In this document: piece by piece, positions 28,901 to 36,726 of the stretch | How the letters are laid out: the number at the start of each line of letters is the position of its first letter | How positions within the stretch are numbered: the first letter of the stretch is position 1 | Source of the DNA: SAR202 cluster bacterium | GTDB lineage: Bacteria; Chloroflexota; Dehalococcoidia; Lucifugimonadales; UBA826 | Assembly (NCBI GenBank): GCA_008373095.1 | Contig: RQOP01000036.1 | Span: forward strand, 12,725-76,724 | DNA: 64,000 nucleotides | Direction: 5' to 3' | The notes under the pieces: model-generated | Databases searched by the model: none | What the model was told of the DNA's origin: nothing | What the model saw: the letters and a program-made list of their open reading frames with translations, nothing else | Translations under genes and position numbers: made by a program

Positions 28901-30490
28901 AAGTTGTTTGAAATAATTGAATAAGACAGGACTTTTATCGGAAAGAAATGCCAGTGGGACATCATTGCCCATCGAACCTGTAGGTTCATAGGCATTACTA
29001 GCCATTGGTTCCATAATAATGCGGAAATCTTCCAAGGTATACCCGAAAGCGTTTTGCCTGTTTTTAAGGGTTTCATCATCATGAGGAGACAGAGTTGCGC
29101 CGGTGGGTAAATCTTCTAGAAACACTCTATTGTTTTTTAACCATGTCCCATAAGGTTTTTGTTCCGACAAGTTCTTCTTCAGCTCTGAGTCATTAATTAT
29201 TTCCCCCTTTTCTGTGTCTAATAGGAACATTCTTCCGGGGTAGATTCTTTCTTTGAATAGCACTTTTTCTGGAGGTATATCAATTATGCCTGTCTCAGAC
29301 CCCATCACCAATAAATCATCACTCGTAACTAGGTATCGGCAGGGCCTAAGGCCATTTCTGTCCAGTACGGCACATACCTTTTTACCATCCGTGCCAATGA
29401 CAAGGGCAGGGCCATCCCAGGGTTCCATCATACTGGCATGGTACTCATAGAAATCTTTTTTGGTTTGTTCCATTGGGATGTGGTCACCCCATGCTTCTGG
29501 TATTAACATCATCATTGAATGTTCTATTGATCTACCAGTCGACAGTAATAGCTCCAAAGCATTGTCTAGAGATGCAGTATCACTCTGATCTGGCCTAATT
29601 ACGGGGACAATTTTTTCTATGCTGTTTTCTAAACCATCGGATTGAAAAACTTTTTCTCTAGAAGACATCCAATTGACGTTTCCTCTATGGGTATTTATTT
29701 CGCCATTGTGGATTACGAATCTATATGGATGTGCGAGTTTCCAAGTACCCAGAGTATTTGTACTAAATCTTGAGTGGACCAATGAAAAGGAAGTCTTGAA
29801 GTTGGCATCAACTAAATCAGGATAAAATCCTTCCAGTTGATGGGTCATTACAAGACCTTTGTATACTATTTTGTTGCATGACAGCGAACATATGTAGAAA
29901 TCTTCCTCGGAGTCAGAGGATATGGTTTTAGCTACGGCCTTCTCAATAGAGCGCCTAAGGACGAATAATTTTATTTCAAAATCTTGTTCGTCAATTTGAT
30001 TTTTTGGCTGGATAAAGAACTGTTCAATTATAGGTCTGGATTGATTAGCTAAGACTCCAATTTTGGTGCTGTCGACAGGAACTGTTCTCCATTGCAACAA
30101 CTCCATATTTTCTTCAGAGACACATTTTTCTATTATTTGTTTACATTTATTAGATACGTCAAGGTCCATCGGTAGGAAGGTCATTCCTACCCCATATTTT
30201 CCTTTTTCTGGAAGGGGAGTATTCCAGGTTTCAGATTGTGATCTAAAAAATTCATCCGGCATTTGAACAAGGATTCCAGCCCCATCTCCTGTTTCAGGAT
30301 CAGCTCCAGCAGCCCCTCTGTGATCTAGGTTGGTTAATGCCTCAAGACCTTGCTTTACGATTTGGTGTGATTTTACGCCTTTTATATTGGCTACCATCGC
30401 TACTCCACAGGCATCGTGTTCGAATGTGGGGTCGTAAAGACCTTGTCTCGTAGGTCGCGGTAAATCTGGGTGTTGATACGGTCTTTTCAT
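25931..30490 (-). CDS. gltB: Glutamate synthase large subunit
   Basis: 1519-aa ORF. It has an Ntn amidotransferase start (HDACGVAMVAN), an FMN / 3Fe-4S central domain and a C-terminal GXGXG beta-helix domain. Confidence 0.95.
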   Translation of the reverse strand: MKRPYQHPDLPRPTRQGLYDPTFEHDACGVAMVANIKGVKSHQIVKQGLEALTNLDHRGAAGADPETGDGAGILVQMPDEFFRSQSETWNTPLPEKGKYGVGMTFLPMDLDVSNKCKQIIEKCVSEENMELLQWRTVPVDSTKIGVLANQSRPIIEQFFIQPKNQIDEQDFEIKLFVLRRSIEKAVAKTISSDSEEDFYICSLSCNKIVYKGLVMTHQLEGFYPDLVDANFKTSFSLVHSRFSTNTLGTWKLAHPYRFVIHNGEINTHRGNVNWMSSREKVFQSDGLENSIEKIVPVIRPDQSDTASLDNALELLLSTGRSIEHSMMMLIPEAWGDHIPMEQTKKDFYEYHASMMEPWDGPALVIGTDGKKVCAVLDRNGLRPCRYLVTSDDLLVMGSETGIIDIPPEKVLFKERIYPGRMFLLDTEKGEIINDSELKKNLSEQKPYGTWLKNNRVFLEDLPTGATLSPHDDETLKNRQNAFGYTLEDFRIIMEPMASNAYEPTGSMGNDVPLAFLSDKSPVLFNYFKQLFAQVSNPPLDAIREELVTSLRATIGEERNLFTETPEHCRQITLKTPVINNEELSKIRACALDGLRSVTIDIVFDPFDANGLKKAMEEIQTQSSVAIQNGANIIILSDRGINEDKAPIPSLLATSGVHHHLIKKGMRSKVGLVVETGEAREVTHFGLLIGFGAGAINPYLAFETISDQINKEEYLIDITPEKAVENFLIASQKGVLKIMSKMGISTIQSYRGAQIFEAVGLDQETVDEYFTGTPSRVGGIGLQELQMEAVNRHTAGFGNTKSERNLEAALEIDPGGQYQWRRDGEFHMWNPTTISSLQHAVKTNSWHSYEEFAKHVDDESKRLSTIRGLLDFKYTHNPISIDEVEAASEIVKRFATGAISLGSISREAHETMAIAMNRIQARSNTGEGGEDSARYVLDDNGDSRNSAVKQVASGRFGVTINYLSNAKDLQIKMAQGAKPGEGGQLPGHKVDDYIGGVRNSTPGVELISPPPHHDIYSIEDLAQLIHDLKSSNPEARIHVKLVAESGVGTIAAGVSKGHGDVVLISGHSGGTGASPESSIKHAGLPWELGVAETQQVLVMNDLRGRIVVQTDGQIKTGRDVAIACLLGAEEFGLATGPLISMGCIMLRKCHLNTCSVGIATQDPELRKKFAGQPEHVINYFFFIAEHLRQIMADLGLKTVNEMIGRVDLLDSRAAIDHWKTNGLELSHLLHMPEVPEGVARYCVTSQDHGLEKALDNILIKEADEALKNSSKVTISKNINNSHRTVGTTLSHKIAKAYGENGLPNETIKLDFEGSGGQSFAAFLSKGISIHLKGDANDYFCKGLSGGHVTIEPPIKSKFIPEENIIIGNVALYGATGGQVFIRGIAGERFAVRNSGAETVVEGVGDHGCEYMTRGKVVVLGPTGRNFAAGMSGGEAYVLDELGDFESLCNKGLVDLDPVTADDDIANLKRLIEKHKTQTGSQNAARILENWDDSLGKFVKVMPRDYKRFSQKKNKLETGRY

Positions 30491-30512
30491 TTGGATTTTA
30501 TTTCAAACTCCG

Positions 30513-31850
30513 TTATAGGGTGGGTAAATACCTGTCTAATTCATACTGGGAAATTTGTCCACTATATCTATCCCATTCAATTTTTTTATTTTCTATGAAA
30601 CTGTTGAAGACATCTCGTCCAAGGGCTTTTTTTACCAGGTCACTTTGTTCCGTGACCTGAATAGCCTCCCAAAGATTTCCTGGTAACGATTCTATTCCTA
30701 GCTTCTCAAGTTCAAAACTTGTCATATCATGAGCACTTTTTTCTAAAGACTCAGGCAATTCGTATTTCTTTTCTATTCCTTCCAATCCGGCGGATAGCAT
30801 AACGCTGAATGCAAGATACGGGTTGCAGGCAGGATCAGGTGCTCTGTATTCAATTCTCCGTGAGGATTCTCTTCCAGGTTTATACGATGGGATTCTGATT
30901 AAGTCTGACCTGTTAACTTCGGCCCAAGTGACGTATGTAGGCGCTTCGTAGCTGGGAACCAGGCGTTTATATGAATTCACCCATTGGTTCGTAACCAATG
31001 TTATTTCTCTTGCGTGCCTTAACAAACCTGCGCAAAATTGGCGCCCCGTGTCCGAGAGGCGATGTTTATCATTTTCTCCATAAAAAATGTTTTCGTCTCC
31101 TTTGGACAGAGACATTTGTGTGTGCATCCCGTTTCCATTAATCCCTGATGCAGGTTTCGGCATGAATGAGGCGAAATATCCATGACTGGAAGCGATCTCT
31201 TTTACAACTAATTTATAAGTCATGACAGTATCAGCCATGGTTAAGGCGTCTGTATGCCTTAAGTCTATTTCGTGCTGGCTTGGTGCTGCTTCATGATGAC
31301 TTGATTCAACAGGTATCCCCAATTCTTCCAGAGTGAGAACCGTCTCTCTTCTGAGGTCAGTTCCTGGATTAGGAGTTATTTGGTCGAAGTATTCGCTGGA
31401 ATCTAGAAAATCCGTACTTTTTTCATCTTTGAAATAAAAATACTCAATCTCGGGAGCCACATAGTAGGTATAACCTTTGTCTGAAGCTCTTTCCAGATTT
31501 CTCCTCAGCACGTTTCTGGGATCGCCTTCGAATGGCTTTTCATCAGGTGTAACAATGTCACAGAACATTCTCGCGACTGCGTTAGTTTTGGGCCGCCAAG
31601 GTAATATGTTAAAGGTTGTAGGGTCGGGGAGGGCGTATAGATCTCTTTCATCCTCCCTCGCGTACCCTTCAATAGCAGACCCGTCAAAGCCCATCCCTCT
31701 AGTAAGGGCGTTTTCCAGTTCTTCAACGGTAATGGCGAAGCCTTTGATATTGCCTAGAATATCGGTGAACCAAAGACGGATGAATTTTACGTCATTTTCC
31801 CGCGCTTCTCTAAGAGCGTATTCAACTGCTTCACCGTTTCTTTCCAGCAT
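30513..31850 (-). CDS. glnA: Glutamine synthetase, type I
   Basis: 445-aa ORF. Motifs: FIRLWFTDILG, MPKPASGINGNGMHTQMSL and NPYLAFS. Confidence 0.95.
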   Translation of the reverse strand: MLERNGEAVEYALREARENDVKFIRLWFTDILGNIKGFAITVEELENALTRGMGFDGSAIEGYAREDERDLYALPDPTTFNILPWRPKTNAVARMFCDIVTPDEKPFEGDPRNVLRRNLERASDKGYTYYVAPEIEYFYFKDEKSTDFLDSSEYFDQITPNPGTDLRRETVLTLEELGIPVESSHHEAAPSQHEIDLRHTDALTMADTVMTYKLVVKEIASSHGYFASFMPKPASGINGNGMHTQMSLSKGDENIFYGENDKHRLSDTGRQFCAGLLRHAREITLVTNQWVNSYKRLVPSYEAPTYVTWAEVNRSDLIRIPSYKPGRESSRRIEYRAPDPACNPYLAFSVMLSAGLEGIEKKYELPESLEKSAHDMTSFELEKLGIESLPGNLWEAIQVTEQSDLVKKALGRDVFNSFIENKKIEWDRYSGQISQYELDRYLPTL

Positions 31851-31978
31851 ACAGAAATCCTTTCGAGAGGGTTCTGGTGTGTTGTATTTGCTTCGTTTAT
31901 AGTCAAAATATAGGCATTAAAGAGTAATCATTTGTGAAAAAAGTGTCAAACAAATTGTACCTTCCAAATCGCTATAAA

Positions 31979-32016
31979 TGAAATATGCTGCACCTCAGGG
32001 AAGGCAGCATATTTTA
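31979..32016. other. Long perfect hairpin / inverted repeat in the glnA - dsbA-like divergent region
   Basis: 11-bp perfect arms AAATATGCTGC (31981..31991) and GCAGCATATTT (32004..32014) with a 12-nt loop, extendable by a G-U and a U-A pair. Neither flanking gene terminates here. Confidence 0.3.
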
Positions 32017-32115
32017 CGGGCGATTACATCAACCTATTTTATATAGGACGGCTTATCCTCATTTATATTTTACGGTAAACTAAGTTAACTGTACTTATAA
32101 TGACGGGAGATTCAC

Positions 32116-32745
32116 ATGGATAAGATGGAATTTGACGTATTTTTCGATTTTGCTTGACCTTTTGTCTACAATGCGGCCGTGTGGCTGGATAAAGTGAAAG
32201 AACATTACGGTGAAGATCTTCAACTTAATTGGAGAAACTTTTCGCTGCAGCAAATAAATGCAAAAGATCCTGGAGATTGGCGTGTCTGGCAGGAAGAGGA
32301 CTATAGCACGACTAGGTCGCTAATGGCCTCAATAGCAGGGGAGGCAGCGAAAAGACAGGGCCCCGAGTCATTTAATAAATTCTTCTTGGCTCTTCTTACA
32401 GCGAGACATGGCGGGGATAGGGCACCATTGAATGATGAATCTTTGTTTGTTCAAATAGCGGAAGAATGTGGATTGGATGTCGAGAAATTTAAATCTGATA
32501 TGAAAGATACTGAACTTGTTGACATAATTGCAAAGGATCACACCGAGGCTACTGAGGTTCATGGAGCCTTTGGAACGCCCACCTTTATTTTTGACAATGG
32601 TCAGTCCGCCTATTTGAAAACATTTATTCCTCCTGAAGAGGAATCGGTTGATGCATTTAAATATTTTCTAGGCTTGTTTGAAAATAGGTCTTACATAGGC
32701 GAGGTAAAGCGACCTCAGCCACCATGGCCTAAAGGCGCAGTATAA
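32116..32745 (+). CDS. DsbA-like thiol:disulfide oxidoreductase; candidate selenoprotein with in-frame TGA at 32155..32157 (conservative call: 32179..32745 from GTG)
   Basis: ATG 32116 with GGGAGA SD (32105..32110) is in frame with the 188-aa ORF. Translation reads MDKMEFDVFFDFA-TGA-PFVYNAAVWLDKV... The TGA occupies the position of the nucleophilic Cys of the DsbA/FrnE-type FDFxCPFxY motif. The downstream part has the cis-Pro loop FGTPTFIF. Confidence 0.55.
32174..32187 (+). promoter_or_regulatory. Candidate bacterial SECIS apical hairpin
   Basis: CGGCC-GUGU-GGCUG forms a 5-bp stem (one G-U pair) with a 4-nt G/U loop beginning 22 nt after the UGA. A possible lower stem is CUUUU (32159..32163) / GAAAG (32196..32200). 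Confidence 0.35.
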
Positions 32746-32765
32746 ACTCTCGGTTGCAGTCCTGA

Positions 32766-33431
32766 ATGTTTCTAAATATTGAAAATAGGTTTGATGATCA
32801 AAGTCTATTCAGGCTGAGCATGACTCATTCCTCATGGGTTAATGAAGCTAAGGATTTGGCTATTCAATCCAATGAGCGACTTGAGTTTTTGGGAGATGCA
32901 GTTCTGGACGCCGTGGTAGGGCAATATTTGTATACTCAATATCCTAATCACTCTGAAGGGGATTTGACGAAATTTAGATCGCATATTGTCAGTGGATCCG
33001 CGCTATCAGAGGTAGGGAGAATGTTGGGCATAGGTCAATATCTCGTATTGGGAAAAGGTGAAGAAGCTTCTGGGGGGCGGGATAAGGATTCAAATTTGGC
33101 TAACGCCTATGAGGCTGTGGTAGGAGCTTTATTTATTGATGGTGGGTTTGATGTCGCAAAAGATTTTATCTTTGAAAGTATGGATATAAAAAGCAAAAGT
33201 GCAGTATTAGTTAGCGGCGAGAACGATTCAAAAACGCAATTGCAAATGGCTGTCCAGGCCAAATGTGCCGTGGCACCGCATTATAGGGTTATTTCTAAAG
33301 ATGGCCCCGATCATAAACCGACGTTTGTAGTTGAAGTTTTGATCGGCGAAAAGGTTATAACGACCGGAAAGGGAACTAGTAGAAATAGAGCCGAAATGGA
33401 AGCAGCATCAAGAGCTTTGGAGATGTTGTGA
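32766..33431 (+). CDS. rnc: Ribonuclease III
   Basis: 221-aa ORF. RNase III signature ERLEFLGDAVLD and a C-terminal dsRBD (KTQLQ...GPDHKPTFVVEV...GKGTSRNRAEMEAA). Ends in TGA. Confidence 0.95.
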   Translation: MFLNIENRFDDQSLFRLSMTHSSWVNEAKDLAIQSNERLEFLGDAVLDAVVGQYLYTQYPNHSEGDLTKFRSHIVSGSALSEVGRMLGIGQYLVLGKGEEASGGRDKDSNLANAYEAVVGALFIDGGFDVAKDFIFESMDIKSKSAVLVSGENDSKTQLQMAVQAKCAVAPHYRVISKDGPDHKPTFVVEVLIGEKVITTGKGTSRNRAEMEAASRALEML

Positions 33432-33437
33432 ATTCTT

Positions 33438-33467
33438 ACTGACCTGTCAGTTTTGTAGCTTTTTTTG
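33438..33467 (+). terminator. Possible weak intrinsic terminator after rnc
   Basis: Short hairpin ACTGA-CCTG-TCAGT (33438..33451) followed by TTT, then a T7 run at 33461..33467. Confidence 0.4.
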
Positions 33468-33526
33468 GGTCTATGATAACCTTGCCCCTGTTAATCCATT
33501 TAATTATGACTTTCAGGAGATTTTGA

Positions 33527-35170
33527 ATGGCAAAAGTAAGCGGTAATTATCTTATTGCTAGGACCTTAAAGGAAGAAGGAGTTGATACTCTTTTCTATCT
33601 GATGGGAGGGCCAAATTTTGACACTATAATGGAATGTCAGGATGTGGGCATTAAGACCATAGATTTCAGGCATGAACAGGCGGCTGCCATGGCGGCACAC
33701 GCATACTCTCGAGTTACTGGAAAGCCCAGTGTGGTTATGGCCGCCTCTGGGCCTGGTACTTTGAATCTATTAACGGGCGTTTATACTGCCTCGATTGATT
33801 GTGCTCCTATGATTGTTTTGGGGGGAGCGAGTGCTGTCCACGAAATAGGCAGAGATACGTTCCAAGAGGTGGATCAGGTAGGCATAATGCAACCATTGTG
33901 TAAGTATTGGCATAGGCCAACTATGGCTTCTCGGTTCCCAGAAATTATCAGCACTGCTTATCGGCAATCTCAGAGTGGCAGGCCAGGACCTGTATACATT
34001 GATTGTGGTGGTGACGTACTTTATGAAGAGGTAGAGGAAGAATCAGTGCCTGCACCTTCTCGGGCTGTAGAACGAACTAGGCCGGTTGCTACCTCTGGAG
34101 ATATTGAAAAAGCTATTTCCCTCATAGCAGATGCGGACAAGCCGATGCTATTTGCTGGAGGAGGAGCATTTTTCTCAGGAGCTGCACCTGAATTGGAGAG
34201 TTTTGTGGATATCACAAACATCCCTTTTTATACGGCTCCAATGTCTAGAGGACTGATTCCAGAGGATCATGCTGTTTCTTTCCAGGGGGCTAGGTCAACT
34301 GCTATGAGAGAGTCAGACGTAATTTTAGTCGTCGGCACTAGAATGAACTGGATGATGAATTATGGGCAACGCTTTTCTCCAAATGCAAAGATCATTCAGA
34401 TAGATATAAATGAAGGTGAACTTGGACATAACCGAGATATAGAAATGGGAATTTTCGGCGATGCAAAAGCTGTTATGGGTCAGTTGCTGGAGGCAGCACA
34501 GCAAAGAAGCCCGGACTTTGCTGGGGCTTTAGAATCTCCATGGATAGTTGGCTTGCGTGAAGCAGACGAAAAAAGAATGGCTCAGACTGCCCCGCTTTTG
34601 AACTCTGACCAAACACCCATTCACCCCTTGAGACTTTGTAAAGAAATAGACGAATTTTTGGATAGAGATGCAATTATATCTGTTGATGGAAATGAGATTT
34701 TGCATTTCGGTAGACAGTCAATATCTACGTATGTGCCAGGTCATCGCTTGAACTCCGGAGTGACTGGTACGATGGGAGTTGGGTTACCGTATGGGATCGG
34801 GGCCCAAGTTGCTAAACCAGATAAGCAAGTTCTTGTTCTACATGGTGATGGGTCAATGGGAATGAATGCAATGGAAATAGATACTGCAGTGCGTCATAAC
34901 CTCCCAGTGGTGACTGTTATAAGCAATAACGAAGGATGGACTGCTCGAACACCCGGGAAAAGGAAACCGGGTAGAGAATTAGGTTTTACAGAGTTCGACC
35001 GCATGGCTGAGGCCTTACACGGCTATGGAGAAAAAGTTGAGGACCCCGCTGAAATAAAACCTGCTCTTGACAGAGCTTTTTCTAGCGGAAAGGCAGCGGT
35101 TGTAAATGTGAAGGTAGAGCCAACAGCAGCTGGTGTGTCTAGGTCATGGGGTGGTTCGAGAATGGAATGA
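33527..35170 (+). CDS. Thiamine-diphosphate-dependent enzyme (acetolactate synthase large subunit / oxalyl-CoA decarboxylase-like family)
   Basis: 547-aa ORF with the three-domain ThDP layout. Motifs: N-terminal catalytic Glu in FRHEQAAAMAAHAY, and the ThDP-binding motif GDGSMGMNAMEIDTAVRHNLPVVTVISNNEGW. Confidence 0.85.
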   Translation: MAKVSGNYLIARTLKEEGVDTLFYLMGGPNFDTIMECQDVGIKTIDFRHEQAAAMAAHAYSRVTGKPSVVMAASGPGTLNLLTGVYTASIDCAPMIVLGGASAVHEIGRDTFQEVDQVGIMQPLCKYWHRPTMASRFPEIISTAYRQSQSGRPGPVYIDCGGDVLYEEVEEESVPAPSRAVERTRPVATSGDIEKAISLIADADKPMLFAGGGAFFSGAAPELESFVDITNIPFYTAPMSRGLIPEDHAVSFQGARSTAMRESDVILVVGTRMNWMMNYGQRFSPNAKIIQIDINEGELGHNRDIEMGIFGDAKAVMGQLLEAAQQRSPDFAGALESPWIVGLREADEKRMAQTAPLLNSDQTPIHPLRLCKEIDEFLDRDAIISVDGNEILHFGRQSISTYVPGHRLNSGVTGTMGVGLPYGIGAQVAKPDKQVLVLHGDGSMGMNAMEIDTAVRHNLPVVTVISNNEGWTARTPGKRKPGRELGFTEFDRMAEALHGYGEKVEDPAEIKPALDRAFSSGKAAVVNVKVEPTAAGVSRSWGGSRME

Positions 35171-35322
35171 TGGCGAAGATTATGGATTGCCTTAGCAGTG
35201 CTAGCTCACGGGTCCTTTTTTTGTTTAGTCGGCTATGAAAATTAGACCTGTGGCGAATCTGGAAGTGGTCTTTCCTTAAACTCGCCAAAAACGAAGAAAG
35301 TTTACTAAAAAGAGGTGTTTAG

Positions 35323-36690
35323 ATGATTGATTTACTATCTATTGCTCGAACAGAGGCGGGCGGAGGTGATTTACTTGGCCTACTTTCCAGTATGTTCGAA
35401 TCTTCGGATGTAAGACCTGAAGGCTATTCCGACGCAGTAGTTTGGCAAGGGGGAAATCACAACGGCAATCTGAATCCAGTGGCGCATTCTTTGACTGACG
35501 CCTATGCGTTATTAGGAACTATAGCAGCAGCAGATATATTGGGACTTCCTTTTTATGCAGTTCCGATGTGGTCACAATACAGGCATGATACCAAACTAGA
35601 GTCTTTGGCTTGGTTCGGTAATATGCCATGTACGTCTATCAAATGGTCTACTGCGGGAGATGCCTATGTAAATGATGGCAGCGGCGGTCGGGTTGTTGTA
35701 ATGGGGAAATCAGGTAATGCTCCTTTGAGAACCCAAGCAGGAGTTTACTGCAACGTAAGGCCATACGGACCTATTACTGTAGTGAGATGTATGCCCTGTC
35801 TTCCTTACTCTCAAGACAAAGATAAGTTTGAAGTGAATGAATTGGGTATTGTACATTCAGAAATGAATACTCCGGGAGTTCAAATGGCCTACGCTAATAG
35901 GTTATTCCTTAAGATGGTAAATGATAGCGGGCAGTTAGGTCGTGTTGCTATGAAACCTACTCAGGCTATGGAAGATGGAATCAATGCCGGACTACATTCA
36001 TGGTTATTAAAAGGCACCAAATTTGAGGTTGGTAGACGGTATGCGGTAGATCCGTACGAAGAACACAAAGATCGTATAGATAAGATAGCTTCACTTCTGC
36101 CGTCCGATTTTAAGGACGGAATGGAAAATTGGGGAGGCCGAATTGAACAACACATTTCAGATACCAACTATGGATTACTAATTTGGGATCTTATCGAGCA
36201 AAGGGATACGATAGTCCTTGCAACCGATCTGGATGGCGACAGATTAACAGACTTATTAGCTGATATTTCCGACCCTTTGCGTGCTTTCGGTGACAAAGTG
36301 GTTCAGCACGTAGGTAAAGATGTAAGCATGTGGGATGCGTGGTCTGAAATGGGGTACACCACCGGCAATGGAAGGGATATGACATCAGTTATGCATAGGA
36401 TGGATGGCCCCCCAATACATGAACAGACTCTCGGGTCGGCAGATGCTATGTTGCTACGATTGCTGGATGGGGACGAATCTATGGGAGGAACCAAGAGACC
36501 ATACGATCCACGAATACACTTTGTGTTGATACGTGATGCATATTTAGATGCCAATCCGGGTAATACGGAACTGAAGGAGTGGTTAGATAATGCGCTTGAA
36601 ATTTTCGACGGTATTTATGGAGAGAACAGACCTGGATTCCTTGAAGGTTATAAAGCCTTAAAGGAAGGGATTACCCCTTGGGGGTCCTAA
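35323..36690 (+). CDS. Hypothetical protein (455 aa), no family recognised
   Basis: Long uninterrupted ORF with SD AAAGAGG 8 nt upstream of the ATG. No TM segments or signal peptide are apparent, and I recognise no motif. Confidence 0.6.
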   Translation: MIDLLSIARTEAGGGDLLGLLSSMFESSDVRPEGYSDAVVWQGGNHNGNLNPVAHSLTDAYALLGTIAAADILGLPFYAVPMWSQYRHDTKLESLAWFGNMPCTSIKWSTAGDAYVNDGSGGRVVVMGKSGNAPLRTQAGVYCNVRPYGPITVVRCMPCLPYSQDKDKFEVNELGIVHSEMNTPGVQMAYANRLFLKMVNDSGQLGRVAMKPTQAMEDGINAGLHSWLLKGTKFEVGRRYAVDPYEEHKDRIDKIASLLPSDFKDGMENWGGRIEQHISDTNYGLLIWDLIEQRDTIVLATDLDGDRLTDLLADISDPLRAFGDKVVQHVGKDVSMWDAWSEMGYTTGNGRDMTSVMHRMDGPPIHEQTLGSADAMLLRLLDGDESMGGTKRPYDPRIHFVLIRDAYLDANPGNTELKEWLDNALEIFDGIYGENRPGFLEGYKALKEGITPWGS

Positions 36691-36726
36691 GTGGGATTTT
36701 ATGATTGCCAGTTAGCCCTTCATGCG

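Noticed and set aside
31851-32115. A glutamine (glnA RNA) riboswitch, or GlnR/TnrA or NtcA boxes upstream of glnA.
   Set aside because: I found no GGACGGAAG-type glutamine-riboswitch core on either strand. The nearest TGTNA-N7-TNACA and GTA-N8-TAC candidates fail in one half-site. Only the hairpin is reported.
32155-32157. Genome-wide reassignment of TGA (code 4/25) as the explanation for the in-frame TGA in the DsbA-like gene.
   Set aside because: Well-supported neighbouring genes terminate at TGA at the expected protein ends (aroE 2574..2576, rnc 33429..33431, ThDP enzyme 35168..35170).
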